A stretch of 63,853 bases of DNA, the filler included, from Octopus bimaculoides (Eukaryota), in NCBI RefSeq assembly GCF_001194135.2. It is 5 parts of 5 records of this genome, joined end to end, with 100 filler letters (N's around TTAATTAATTAA, not from the genome) between each part and the next. Parts side by side here need not be neighbours in the genome. Positions count along the whole stretch, not along the records: positions 1 to 14,411 come from NC_068986.1; positions 14,512 to 45,257 come from NC_069004.1; 3 more parts are not named here. One strand, given 5' to 3'. The position numbers and the translations under genes are program-made. The notes under the pieces are model-generated. The model ran no database searches. It was not told the DNA's origin and saw nothing but the letters and a program-made list of their open reading frames with translations. Position 1 is the first letter of the stretch. Every line of letters starts with the position of its first letter. Shown one piece after another: positions 11,917-23,422 of this stretch.

Positions 11917-12639
11917 TAGGGTAGTGCGTTTTTCGCGATTTTCGATTTCGTGAAAAAGTTGTGAATGGACATCAAAATAACTGGTGTAAAATCTTAGAAC
12001 TCTGCGACAATAACTTGTTTCCACAAATGCATCGAAAATGGAAAAAGTGGAAAAAACGCCTCTGCTTATTTATTAGCTATAAAATACAATTTTCATTGCA
12101 TCTTCTTCGGGTAGCTTTTAAATGAATGTGATGAAATTACTCTAAAATACGATTTAAACTTGCTTTTTTTTACGATTTAAACTTGCTTTTTTTTACGATT
12201 TAAACTTGCTTTTTTCTGTGACTTCATTTTCTGCCTCCACAAGGAGAGATGGGGGTGTACTGTAATTTACATCAAAATGGAAAATTTTCTGAATTCAATA
12301 AATTACAATATTTATGATATTTTTGCATATTTTGAGGCGTTTGTGGAAGCAGATGAAGTTGTAGAAAAAAATATGTTTCAGTCGTATTTTAGAGTAACTT
12401 CATCACAGTCATTTAAAAGCAACCCAAAGAAGATGCAATGAAAACTGTATTTTATAACTAATAAATATGTAGAGGCGTTTTATTACCCCACTTTTTCCAT
12501 TTTTCGATGCATTTCTGGAGACAGAAGGTATTGTCACAGAGTTCTAAGACTTTACACCAGTTATTTTGATGTTCATGCACAAATTTTCCGCACTACCCCC
12601 AACACGAAATCGAAAATCTTGAAAAGACCCTCCGCCTTA
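11917..12639. mobile_element. Non-autonomous hAT (hATm-like) element with ~240-bp terminal inverted repeats
   Basis: Arms 11917-~12152 and ~12383-12639 are reverse complements. Termini are TAGGG/TAAGG. The 8-bp TSD is GAGTCCAC (11909-11916) and GTGTCCAC (12640-12647). Confidence 0.85.
12149..12215 (+). repeat. Tandem repeat TACGATTTAAACTTGCTTTTTT(T) x3
   Basis: Directly visible, inside the MITE. Confidence 0.9.
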
Positions 12640-13145
12640 GTGTCCACACGTCAAGTATCGAAGTGATCGAAGGTCAACGTGAGATAAAGGGTGTCGTGAG
12701 TGAAACGCCCTAACCACGAAGCCATGCGTACATATATGTACATTTAGAAATAAAATTCTATCATGATTTCCTGTCGTTTGGATTATATATGAAATATATA
12801 TGACCGAAACAACGCTTCTAGCCCTTAGTGATTCAATGAAACCGAGTACATATGTCAACCAAACACATTTCTTACTAACTACTTTTTTAAGCACAACAAG
12901 CGAAGTTTGAGTTTGAAATCTTTCTTTTCGGCGATATAATACGGATTACAAATACCTTCATACTCAAACTCAAATGCGCAAAGACGTAGATGCACATATA
13001 AACGCATGCAAACAGTCGTATATACGTTCTCACAGACAGACACTGACACTAGCACACATACACAAATAAATGCCATCGTCTTACATACATACATACATGC
13101 ATGCATACATACATACATACATACATACATACATACATACATACA

Positions 13146-13874
13146 ATACCTAATCAACAAAAGAAACAGTGAAGCCCTTGGAAATCGAAGATGCAACGGT
13201 AAATGTAGTTTATGTCATATTTCTGTGGAAGACATCACACATATGATTAGCAGCGACTTGAAAATGTCATCAAGGTACTAGTTCCCTATGCAACATGACG
13301 TTGTTGCAAAGACAATATACAATGCCAGTCGAAAAAAAAGACTGTCCGGGAATAAATATAGAAAATCCCCCTGTTATTGAATACGTCACCAAATATTAGC
13401 ACAAAGAATACTGGTGGAACATCCCCTTTCAAACATCTGTCAAGTGCAAGCATAACAGGTCGGATATTGATGTTTGGTCAGACAAGGAAAAGTATGTACC
13501 GTCATAGAGGTCAGCTGTCCTGCTGCTATGAATATCTTCTTGAAAATCAAAGAGAAAGAAGATAACTATGGAAAACTGCTTCGAAACCTTCAGTTTCTAT
13601 ATCTAGATTAAAAATTTACATTCATTCCAATAATAATTGGAGCACTTGATTTTGTAAGTAAATGCCTAACTGTCAATCTGGATAAGCTTGGATTTTCAGA
13701 AAAAGAAATCAACCAACTGATTCGCACATTACAAATACAATCTGTAAGCGGAACGGTAAAACTATGCAAGAATTTTCGCAGGTTTAAAATATGATATAGT
13801 TTTCATTATCTACGTTCCGAAGATGGAGCTTTGTATCTTTGTTAGAAACCAGCTCCTTCTTCAGAGGAAGAATT

Positions 13875-13875
<1 letters not shown>
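13146..13875 (+). mobile_element. 3' fragment of an RLE-type (R4/Dong-like) non-LTR retrotransposon
   Basis: Zn knuckle CSLC...ITH, QHDVVAK, EYWWNIPFQT...KHNRSDIDVW, CTVIEVSCP...KIKEKEDNYGKL and FIPIIIGAL. Stop at ~13794, followed by a short 3' UTR. Flanked by (CATA)n and (CA)n. Confidence 0.85.
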
Positions 13876-13937
<62 letters not shown>

Positions 13938-13954
13938 NNNNNNNNNNAAGAATT

Positions 13955-13995
<41 letters not shown>

Positions 13996-14455
13996 AAACA
14001 CACACACACACACACATACATACATACATACATACATACATACATACATACACATACATACAAACACCAGAATGTAATAATGAGCAAGACAAATGTCCTT
14101 TGCTGAAATTTTCTTGAGAACATACTATTCGTCGTAAGGCGAATTGACGTCTATCATTAGCATATTAGGAATCCATTTTGGTGGCCGTTCCTCTTAATTT
14201 GTATGCAATATAATTTTTAATCTTCAGATTTTTAAATATGCTAAACTACTGGTTTTAATTGATTATTATCAATTTCTACCCTCATTATATATATATATAT
14301 ATATATATACGTATATATATATATATATATATGTATGTATATATACATATGTATACATATATATATTTATATATGTACATATATATGTGTGTGTATGTAT
14401 ATATATATATANNNNNNNNNNNNNNNNNNNNNNNNNNNNNNNNNNNNNNNNNNNN

Positions 14456-14467
14456 TTAATTAATTAA
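14456..14467. other. Assembly gap spacer TTAATTAATTAA (also at 45302, 56113 and 61490)
   Basis: Always centred in an ~100-base N run. It is palindromic and has stop codons in all six frames. Confidence 0.9.
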
Positions 14468-14569
14468 NNNNNNNNNNNNNNNNNNNNNNNNNNNNNNNNN
14501 NNNNNNNNNNNTATATATATATATATATATATGCATACTTACATACATACATATATGCATATGTATAAT

Positions 14570-14951
14570 AGTATAAGTAGTTTGCTTACGAACCGCATGG
14601 TTCCACGTTCATTCCCACTGCGTGGCACCTTGGGCAAGTGTCTTCTATTATAGTCTCGGGCCGGCCAAAGCCATGTGAGTGGATCTGGTAGACGGAAACT
14701 GAAAGAACTTGTCGTATATATGTATAAATATGTGTATGTGTGTGTATATGTTTGTGTGTCTGTGTTTGTCCCCGCAACATCGCTTGACAACCGATGCTGG
14801 CGTGTTTACGTCCCCGTAACTTGGTGGTTCGGCAACAGTGACCGATAGTATAAGTACTAGGCTTACAAAGAATAAGTCCTGGGGTCCATTTGCTCGACTA
14901 AAGGCGGTGCTCCAGCATGGCCGCAGTCAAATGACTGAAACAAATAAAAGA

Positions 14952-14953
<2 letters not shown>
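14570..14953 (+). mobile_element. tRNA-derived SINE, family A (CR1-like tail)
   Basis: B-box-like GTTCATTCCC and GGCACCTTGGGCAAGTGTC body, internal microsatellite, and tail GGCGGTGCTCCAGCATGGCCGCAGTC...ATAAAAGAATA. Related copies at 35915-36340, 52870-52975, 59790-59851 and 62265-62395. Confidence 0.85.
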
Positions 14954-15045
<92 letters not shown>

Positions 15046-15662
15046 GCATAAAACACATATATACGCGCGCACACACACACAAACGCTATACTATCAACGA
15101 GGATTTGCTGTTAAATGTAGTGTTTTGAACAAAAAAAATAAAAAAAGAAAGGCGAATTGAAGGAAAAAATTACAGGTCAGGGTAAAATAAAAAAAAATGA
15201 AAGTGTATAAAAATCGAACGCGCAAAATCGATTGCAATAAAATAGATATAATAAATATAAGATACCTTGTATGTTCTGATGTTGTATATAGCATAACAGT
15301 TGCAACATATAATTTTCCGGTCGGTAAATATTCGCGACGAGAAGTTGTCAAATATGTTTAAAATAAAATTAATTTTTGAAGGAAAGCTCTGGGTTTTTTG
15401 TGAAAACGAAATAAATAATGAAGCAATGCAACAGTTTAAATTTATCCAAAGATCGGTATTTCGTGTGTTTGTCGAATAATTATTATATTTATACTGTATA
15501 ACGATACAGTTTAATTTGCAAACACTTTTTCGAACTTGCTTCGAAAGCTGTACGTTTTTAGAGTGGGAAAAAATCAAGTGGTACCATCCTATATATAGTT
15601 GTATGTGTGTGTATATACTATATACATATATATATATATATGTGTATGATATATGTATCTGG

Positions 15663-15760
15663 CTAAGAGAGGAGTAGCAACTTGTCGGATGTTATGTATC
15701 TAAGATGTGTTTTCCGTAAAATGGAGAGGTACAAGATCAAAGCGGATAAAATAGCCTTTT
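15663..15760 (-). CDS. Candidate terminal exon of the minus-strand gene
   Basis: Strong acceptor TTTCATTTCTTTTGTTACAG. The phase-1 reading is KAILSALILYLSILRKTHLRYITSDKLLLLS*. Confidence 0.3.
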
Positions 15761-16404
15761 CTGTAACAAAAGAAATGAAATATTAATGCTACAGAGTTGA
15801 GCTCACGTTTTTGTATGAATTAGTGAGATTAAGAGAGGGCAGGAGGAAGAAAGCCGGGAGGGATAGTGGGAAAGAGAGCAGCAGGTAAGAGTAGGAGAGA
15901 GGAGAGAGGTAGTGAGAGAGAGGGAGAGAGTGTGTGAGATGGACAGTGGTGGTGGTGGTGGGAGGTGCAGTTAAAGCGAACGTCAGCGAAAGAGTATACA
16001 CACGTGTGCACACTCACAAATGTGAGTATGTATGTGTGTGCGTGTGTATCTCTCTCTCTATATATATGTTTAATTCTGTCTATCTGTGTGTCTGTATACG
16101 TGCGCGCGTGTGTGTGTGTGTGATACAGGAGAATGTAAGCAAGAAGCAGTAAAAGAGAGAGAGAGTGTGTGTGTGTGTGTGTGAGTGTGTGTGTGTGTGT
16201 GTGTGTGTATAATGAAACAGTTCGAGTGTGATAGAGAAACTATTATTCCCGCCACCTTTTTCTTATCTCTCCCTCCCCCTCTTTCCTCCTCTCTCTCTCC
16301 ATTTCTATCTCTCGTACGCCTCTCTCTGTTCGGCTTTCGCGCCGCCTCTTCCTGCTCCTCTTCTTCTTCCCCTCTCACTCTGCCTTTTGTATACATCAAC
16401 ATAC

Positions 16405-16454
16405 TTTTAATAGTTATGATAAAAGCCATGGCAGCTGAGTTTCTTCTCCACGTT
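16405..16454 (-). CDS. Candidate exon 3' end (5' part inside the N gap)
   Basis: The open frame TWRRNSAAMAFIITIK ends at a strong donor AAAA|GTATGT in phase 1. Confidence 0.25.
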
Positions 16455-17242
16455 NNNNNNNNNNNNNNNNNNNNNNNNNNNNNNNNNNNNNNNNNNNNNN
16501 NNNNNNNNNNNNNNNNNNNNNNNNNNNNNNNNNNNNNNNNNNNNNNNNNNNNNNNNNNNNNNNNNNNNNNNNNNNNNNNNNNNNNNNNNNNNNNNNNNNN
16601 NNNNNNNNNNNNNNNNNNNNNNNNNNNNNNNNNNNNNNNNNNNNNNNNNNNNNNNNNNNNNNNNNNNNNNNNNNNNNNNNNNNNNNNNNNNNNNNNNNNN
16701 NNNNNNNNNNNNNNNNNNNNNNNNNNNNNNNNNNNNNNNNNNNNNNNNNNNNNNNNNNNNNNNNNNNNNNNNNNNNNNNNNNNNNNNNNNNNNNNNNNNN
16801 NNNNNNNNNNNNNNNNNNNNNNNNNNNNNNNNNNNNNNNNNNNNNNNNNNNNNNNNNNNNNNNNNNNNNNNNNNNNNNNNNNNNNNNNNNNNNNNNNNNN
16901 NNNNNNNNNNNNNNNNNNNNNNNNNNNNNNNNNNNNNNNNNNNNNNNNNNNNNNNNNNNNNNNNNNNNNNNNNNNNNNNNNNNNNNNNNNNNNNNNNNNN
17001 NNNNNNNNNNNNNNNNNNNNNNNNNNNNNNNNNNNNNNNNNNNNNNNNNNNNNNNNNNNNNNNNNNNNNNNNNNNNNNNNNNNNNNNNNNNNNNNNNNNN
17101 NNNNNNNNNNNNNNNNNNNNNNNNNNNNNNNNNNNNNNNNNNNNNNNNNNNNNNNNNNNNNNNNNNNNNNNNNNNNNNNNNNNNNNNNNNNNNNNNNNNN
17201 NNNNNNNNNNNNNNNNNNNNNNNNNNNNNNNNNNNNNNNNNT

Positions 17243-17498
17243 TCAAGGGCCCACAGCTGTTTAACTGTCTGCCGAAGCATCTGAGGATTTTTCAAGCGTG
17301 AACTTGACCTCTGGCTCACCGAGATCCCGGATGAGCCAATATCTAGGCAAGAAACTCAAAAGAGGGCAGTAACGTCGAACTCCATCCTTCACCAAAAGCC
17401 GCTCCGACAAAGGTGGAAAGCGGAAAGATGATCACAATGGTGGTGCTCCAGCATGGCCACAGTCATTGGACTGAAGCATATAAAAGAATAAAAGAATA
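17243..17498 (+). mobile_element. CR1-clade LINE 3' end
   Basis: FKGPQLFNCLPKHLR...FKRELDLWLTEIPDEP...SNSILHQ, then a 3' UTR ending (TAAAAGAA)n. Confidence 0.8.
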
Positions 17499-18099
17499 CA
17501 CACACACACACACACACATACACATACTTTTCCATTTGTCCCTCTCGAATCGAATTGATTACCTCATAATTGTGTGCTTGACTCTCTAACTACTGAGCCA
17601 TGCGCTTTCACTCACCATATAGTCAACAGGTTTTTTAATTATTTCTTAATTTTTCCCAAATCTAACCTGAAATGGTTTCTTGAAGCTCGAGGTTTTTTTC
17701 AAATAATTTCTTTTACGTGAAGTCTGCTTTTACCCTACCAGGGACCAAGTAAGTACCAGTTATATTCTGGAGTTCATACAATTGATTGTACACGTTCCGT
17801 AAATTTAGACACGTTTTATTGCTGTAAATGGGAAAAATCGATCAATCGTCCAACAAAATACCTTTTTATTCATTTTTTTCTCTTTTTCTTTCTCTTTTTT
17901 TGTTTGTTTGTTTGTTTCTTATCTATCAATCTAACTTTACGAACCGTGTTCAAATCCGACTGAGGTCGATTTTTGTCCTTCATCCTTCCGGGATCGATAA
18001 AATTTATTACCACTCACTAATAAGATCCGACCGATATTAATCATCGTTAGTAAAACCTTATTCCCTGCTTTCTTTCTTTCTCCCTTCCTTCCTTCCTCC

Positions 18100-18138
<39 letters not shown>

Positions 18139-19016
18139 TCACTCCCTCTATTCCTCTTCCAAACTGAATGCCACTACACTGGTCTTACCACCACCACCGT
18201 TACCACTACCATCTCCACCGCCTCCATCGCAACCACTTCCAGAAATAGTAGCTAAATCTCCTTCAGCTCTAAGCATTGCATCTTAAAAAATTTTTTAAAA
18301 NNNNNNNNNNNNNNNNNNNNNNNNNNNNNNNNNNNNNNNNNNNNNNNNNNNNNNNNNNNNNNNNNNNNNNNNNNNNNNNNNNNNNNNNNNNNNNNNNNNN
18401 NNNNNNNNNNNNNNNNNNNNNNNNNNNNNNNNNNNNNNNNNNNNNNNNNNNNNNNNNNNNNNNNNNNNNNNNNNNNNNNNNNNNNNNNNNNNNNNNNNNN
18501 NNNNNNNNNNNNNNNNNNNNNNNNNNNNNNNNNNNNNNNNNNNNNNNNNNNNNNNNNNNNNNNNNNNNNNNNNNNNNNNNNNNNNNNNNNNNNNNNNNNN
18601 NNNNNNNNNNNNNNNNNNNCCACCACCGCTACATATAAATAAACAGCACCCACCTACCCTTTTGTTTTCCTTACTCCACTCCTCCCCTCCACTCCTCCAC
18701 TCCACCTCCACTCCACCTCCACTCCTCCTCCTCCACTCCTCCTCCTCCTCCCTCTCTTCCACTCAACTTTCCGTCACATATCCTAACCTCTTTAACTATT
18801 TTTTCCCCTCACACCGCTACTATCACTCACTACCTCACACTCTCATTCATTTTCTCAATTGAGTTGCAACTGCTGCTGATGTCAGCTTTACACGCTTCGG
18901 AATTGACCAATGAAAATCGCTGTTCAGCGTGTATAATCTGCTCACACTATATGGCGTGATCCTTTTTTGTTGCTTTTACTATAATCGCGAGACATTTATT
19001 TCAACGACACACCTAC

Positions 19017-19185
19017 CTCTGTCTATTACACGCTTTTGTGTAGTTAACTCTTTCAACACTGGTTGGTGTTGTTTATTAGCGATGGGGACAACGAACAAAG
19101 GCGTTTCGTACTTGTGACTATCAGAGCTTTGTTTAAAAGGGAGACAGCTTATTACGGTGCGTTTAGAGAGCGCCAAGAATGTGAC
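19017..19185 (-). CDS. Internal exon of uncharacterised minus-strand gene
   Basis: Acceptor TATTCCACAG| and donor AG|GTAGGT; 169 nt, phase 0 to 1. Reads VTFLALSKRTVISCLPFKQSSDSHKYETPLFVVPIANKQHQPVLKELTTQKRVIDR; the other two frames close early. Confidence 0.65.
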
Positions 19186-19204
19186 CTGTGGAATATCTGA
19201 CAGA

Positions 19205-19553
19205 TCCTTCCTTAATCCTCTCTACAAAAGGCACAAGGCCTGTAATTTTGGGGGAGAGGGATAATCGATAACATCGACCCCAACTGTTCGATCATCGAGT
19301 TGACCTCGGCGAAATTTGAACTCTGTATAAAGAAACTAAAATAATAATTCTTTCTCCTGGAAACACAAAGCCTTAAATTTTGGAGAAGAGATTAAGTCGA
19401 TTAGATCGACCCCAGTGTGTGACTGGTACTTATTTAAACGACCCCAAAAGGATGAAAAGCAAAGTCGACCTCGGCAGAATTTGAACTCAGAATGTAGCGG
19501 CAGACGAAATACCGCTAAGCATTTTGCCCGGCGTGCTAATGACTCTACCGCCT

Positions 19554-19584
<31 letters not shown>

Positions 19585-19715
19585 AATAATAATCCTTTCT
19601 ACTAAAGGCACAAGGCCTGAAACTTGAGGGGAGAAGACTAGTCGATTACATCGACCCCAGTGCTTCACTGGTACTTAATTTATCGACCCCGAAGAATGAA
19701 AGACTAAGCCGCCGC
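19205..19715 (-). mobile_element. Three tandem copies of tRNA-derived SINE family B (19205-19325, 19350-19552, 19592-19715)
   Basis: Repeated GTCGATTAGATCGACCCCAG...ACTGGTACTT...CGACCCCGAAAGGATGAAAGGCAAAGTCGACCTCGGCGGAATTTGAACTC blocks. The B-box reads GAGTTCAAATTC on the minus strand. Confidence 0.85.
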
Positions 19716-20576
19716 AAAGGATGAGGTGAAAGAAATGGCGATTCGGTAAAAAGAAACCAGGCTTAATGAAAGAAAAATAAGTACTCGAGTCGATTCATTC
19801 GACAAAAGAATTCTTCAAAGCAGTGACCCAGCATGGCCGCAGTCTAGTCTAGTGACTGGAGACAAGAAGACGGTTATAAAATGGGTGCAACAGACAATGT
19901 CTTAACGGGGCGTTAAAAATGTTCATGTTAAAACGAATAAATGCCACGTTTCCCTTGCTGATCAAGCTGACTTTTGTGTGAATGTTCTTGTTGTTTAGCT
20001 ACATATCAGTCCTGATCGAGCAGAACCATGATCAAAAGCGCTCTGGCTATGCTCATAGCGCCGAACATTTTGTATTAAGGGTTTTCTACTAAATGCGATA
20101 GTCTGTGATTTAAGAGATATTATGGTTGACATACATCTACCAGACCTTTGCAGAATAACAATGATTCATCGGGAGTTAGAGAAATTTCCATAAGGTTTCT
20201 GTAATTTTAATTTTTTTTTGCATATGTGCGCACGTACACACACACACACACACTTTCTCTCTTTCGGTGGAGAGGGTTCAGTTACTCGATTAACAGAATA
20301 ATCTGCCCCTGGATTAACACGTAAGTGGCTGAAGATTCCAGATAAGTGCACTTTTATTCAAGCAAAAACAGCATGATACTTTGCGACAAGGCTGTTCCTT
20401 TTGAATTACGGGTACAATCTACCCGCCCGTCTTCTATACTTTCTTTCTACGCAATTTCAATCACAAGCTATGGATCNNNNNNNNNNNNNNNNNNNNNNNN
20501 NNNNNNNNNNNNNNNNNNNNNNNNNNNNNNNNNNNNNNNNNNNNNNNNNNNNNNNNNNNNNNNNNNNNNNNNNNNN

Positions 20577-20617
<41 letters not shown>

Positions 20618-20620
<3 letters not shown>

Positions 20621-20742
20621 AAGAAAGGCGGAGCTGAAAAGTTCCTGGCTTTAAGAGTACCGCGAAGTTTCTGGTTGGAGGCCTAACCTTCTAAGTTCTT
20701 TTACAGGGCTTAGAAAAATTGAAGGATCGCTGCAATAAGTGC
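20618..20742. mobile_element. Mariner-type MITE terminal fragment
   Basis: GCTGAAAAGTTCCTGGCTTTAAG TIR block, shared with 22936-23112, 44229-44335 and 56186-56345. Confidence 0.7.
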
Positions 20743-21414
20743 ACTCACACACACTCATGTATATATATATGCATGTACGTATCTATGTATGTATATATGT
20801 GTATGTATGTATATATATATATATATATATATATNNNNNNNNNNNNNNNNNNNNNNNNNNNNNNNNNNNNNNNNNNNNNNNNNNNNNNNNNNNNNNNNNN
20901 NNNNNNNNNNNNNNNNNNNNNNNNNNNNNNNNNNNNNNNNNNNNNNNNNNNNNNNNNNNNNNNNNNNNNNNNNNNNNNNNNNNNNNNNNNNNNNNNNNNN
21001 NNNNNNNNNNNNNNNNNNNNNNNNNNNNNNNNNNNNNNNNNNNNNNNNNNNNNNNNNNNNNNNNNNNNNNNNNNNNNNNNNNNNNNNNNNNNNNNNNNNN
21101 NNNNNNNNNNNNNNNNNNNNNNNNNNNNNNNNNNNNNNNNNNNNNNNNNNNNNNNNNNNNNNNNNNNNNNNNNNNNNNNNNNNNNNNNNNNNNNNNNNNN
21201 NNNNNNNNNNNNNNNNNNNNNNNNNNNNNNNNNNNNNNNNNNNNNNNNNNNNNNNNNNNNNNNNNNNNNNNNNNNNNNNNNNNNNNNNNNNNNNNNNNNN
21301 NNNNNNNNNNNNNNNNNNNNNNNNNNNNNNNNNNNNNNNNNNNNNNNNNNNNNNNNNNNNNNNNNNNNNNNNNNNNNNNNNNNNNNNNNNNNNNNNNNNN
21401 NNNNNNNNNNNNNN

Positions 21415-21472
<58 letters not shown>

Positions 21473-21754
21473 TGTCCTCAGTTCAACTTTTCCAACAATT
21501 AGACGAGAGAGGTCAAGGCATGAGCAGATCATAATTAGCCTGATGTGATGGCACAGAAATATATATATCTATGCAGGTGTATATATGTCTATAGTTCAAC
21601 ACAAGAAAATGTATGTCTATACATCTATATGGGCATATAACCAAAATCAATAGGGATAATTACCCGGCATAGATCTAGTTTCGTCATTAAAAGATGACTC
21701 ATAAGCAGAAAAGTTAGAAGCTGTAAATCAATGATTACAGCGTTACTACTTTTA

Positions 21755-21786
<32 letters not shown>

Positions 21787-22128
21787 CGTGTGTGTGATTG
21801 AAAAATTGGCGTCAGCAAGAAGAGGTACAGTTGGAAATTTAGTTTTTAATCACTACAATTGTTTCCACGCAACGTAGGTCTCCGGGTGAGCAGGTACTTG
21901 ATTATGCAACTGTTTCCCTGCATTATGAGATCTACTTGGGTCTCCTCAGGCGATACGTAAATAGTGTTTCCAATTATTTCAATTATCTATTCACACACGA
22001 CAGACGTCCAAACGCAAACCTGGAAGTATGTATAATACTGCCAGAGTATTATAGCACAGGGTAAATCTAAAGGTAGAAGAGCTTTATACTGTACTTTACT
22101 ACGTTCTTAACAGAATATACCATAACTG

Positions 22129-22234
<106 letters not shown>

Positions 22235-22284
22235 AAATCGAAACACACATGCACTGGGTGCGTCTTTTGTTAGTTCGTGGGTTG

Positions 22285-22324
<40 letters not shown>

Positions 22325-22935
22325 AATTTCTTTTTCAAAATAAACATCTATGCAAGTATAAAGTGTAATTTCACTTAAAACCGAATCTTATTTTAATATT
22401 GTAACAAGCAAACTGCATTACAAATTGTTTTCCTTTTTGTTTTCAACAGCTATTTCGTGTTATTGTAGTCGATATATATAAAGTTAGAATCATTTTTCCA
22501 TATTTCTGCACTTATGACGTAATTCAACGATGTTGAACGCGCGCACGCACAAACACAGAAGCACACACACGCCCCCCCCACATTTATCTATTTATTTATA
22601 TTACCTGAGAATGTATTCCATTAAATATGCAAACGGTTTACAAGCTCGCTCATTATTTTATAACTGTTGTGTAACATTTATTTTGGAACATAAGTGTTAT
22701 TTTTTACATTAAACAAAAAAATTTACGTGTTTTTATGATGTAAATCGAATTGTCGAAAATAAATCACGGCAGTTTCGTTACAACATGCCCAATACATACA
22801 TGCATGCATGCATGCATACATACAAACATACATACATATATACATACATACATACATACATACGTACATACATACACCCCACCTTAATGTATACACACAC
22901 ATTCACAGATACATATATATATATATATGCATGTA

Positions 22936-23112
22936 TACGAGGAGGTGCTGAACAGTTCCTGGCTTAAAGGGTGTTGCGAAAGGCCCGGTTGGAGGCCCAA
23001 CCTTCTGAGTTCTTTTACAGGGTTTAGAAAAACTGAAGGACTGCTGCAATAAGTGTGTGAATCTGAAAGGGGAATATGTAGGGAAAAAAAATCATAATTA
23101 ACTGAACCTCCC
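22936..23112. mobile_element. Mariner-type MITE fragment, ~34 bp into the intron after the 23146 donor
   Basis: TA followed by CGAGGAGGTGCTGAACAGTTCCTGGCT TIR; body matches 56186-56345. Confidence 0.75.
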
Positions 23113-23145
23113 ATACCAACTTTTCGGAGGTTGTGGTCCATTTAC

Positions 23146-23422
23146 CGAGCCTTGCAGTGAGAATCGAGGATGACCACAGGCGGAGAAGTGCGTGTAGCCT
23201 GCTAAACACAGCCCATATTTCTTTGTACTGGTTGTGATGGAAACAACTGGTGATGTTACTGATAAATTGCTGGTTTTCTTCAATGCCATCGGAGTAAAAA
23301 CAGTTGAAGTAATGTGTGAAGTGGGCTCTGCTTCATGTGTTGTGACAAAGAATTCGTCTGGCAACCATTCAATGTTTAATGTTAGTGTGAATCTGCAATA
23401 TTGATATGCTCCTCCACTTCTC
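23146..23422 (-). CDS. Internal exon with Cys motifs and Ser/Thr-rich stalk
   Basis: Acceptor TTTACTTTTATACAAAAG| (an in-phase alternative TTGCAG| lies 30 nt downstream) and donor TCG|GTAAAT; 277 nt, phase 2 to 0. Reads RSGGAYQYCRFTLTLNIEWLPDEFFVTTHEAEPTSHITSTVFTPMALKKTSNLSVTSPVVSITTSTKKYGLCLAGYTHFSACGHPRFSLQGS. Confidence 0.7.

Larger units (their letters stand above)
11766..12730 (-). mobile_element. tRNA-derived SINE split by a MITE (head 12648-12730, body 11766-11916)
   Basis: The minus-strand head CATGGCTTCGTGGTTAGGGCG resembles the other SINE heads in the window. The sequence joins across the 8-bp TSD. Confidence 0.5.

Noticed and set aside
13863-13960. Direct duplication of AAGAATTTATACACACAC on both sides of a 10-N gap
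   Set aside because: Most likely overlapping contig ends at a microsatellite rather than a TSD.
14456-14467. Recurrent palindrome TTAATTAATTAA (four copies)
   Set aside because: Always centred in N runs of fixed ~100-base total length; an assembler spacer, not biology.
15170-15577. 135-aa minus-strand ORF
   Set aside because: AT-rich, UTR-like composition, non-ATG start and no motifs; possibly the 3' UTR of the host gene.
21985-22021. Possible terminal exon (W)FAFGRLSCVNR*
   Set aside because: It needs the weaker 23117 donor. The 23146 donor joins exon 19185 in frame and fits better.
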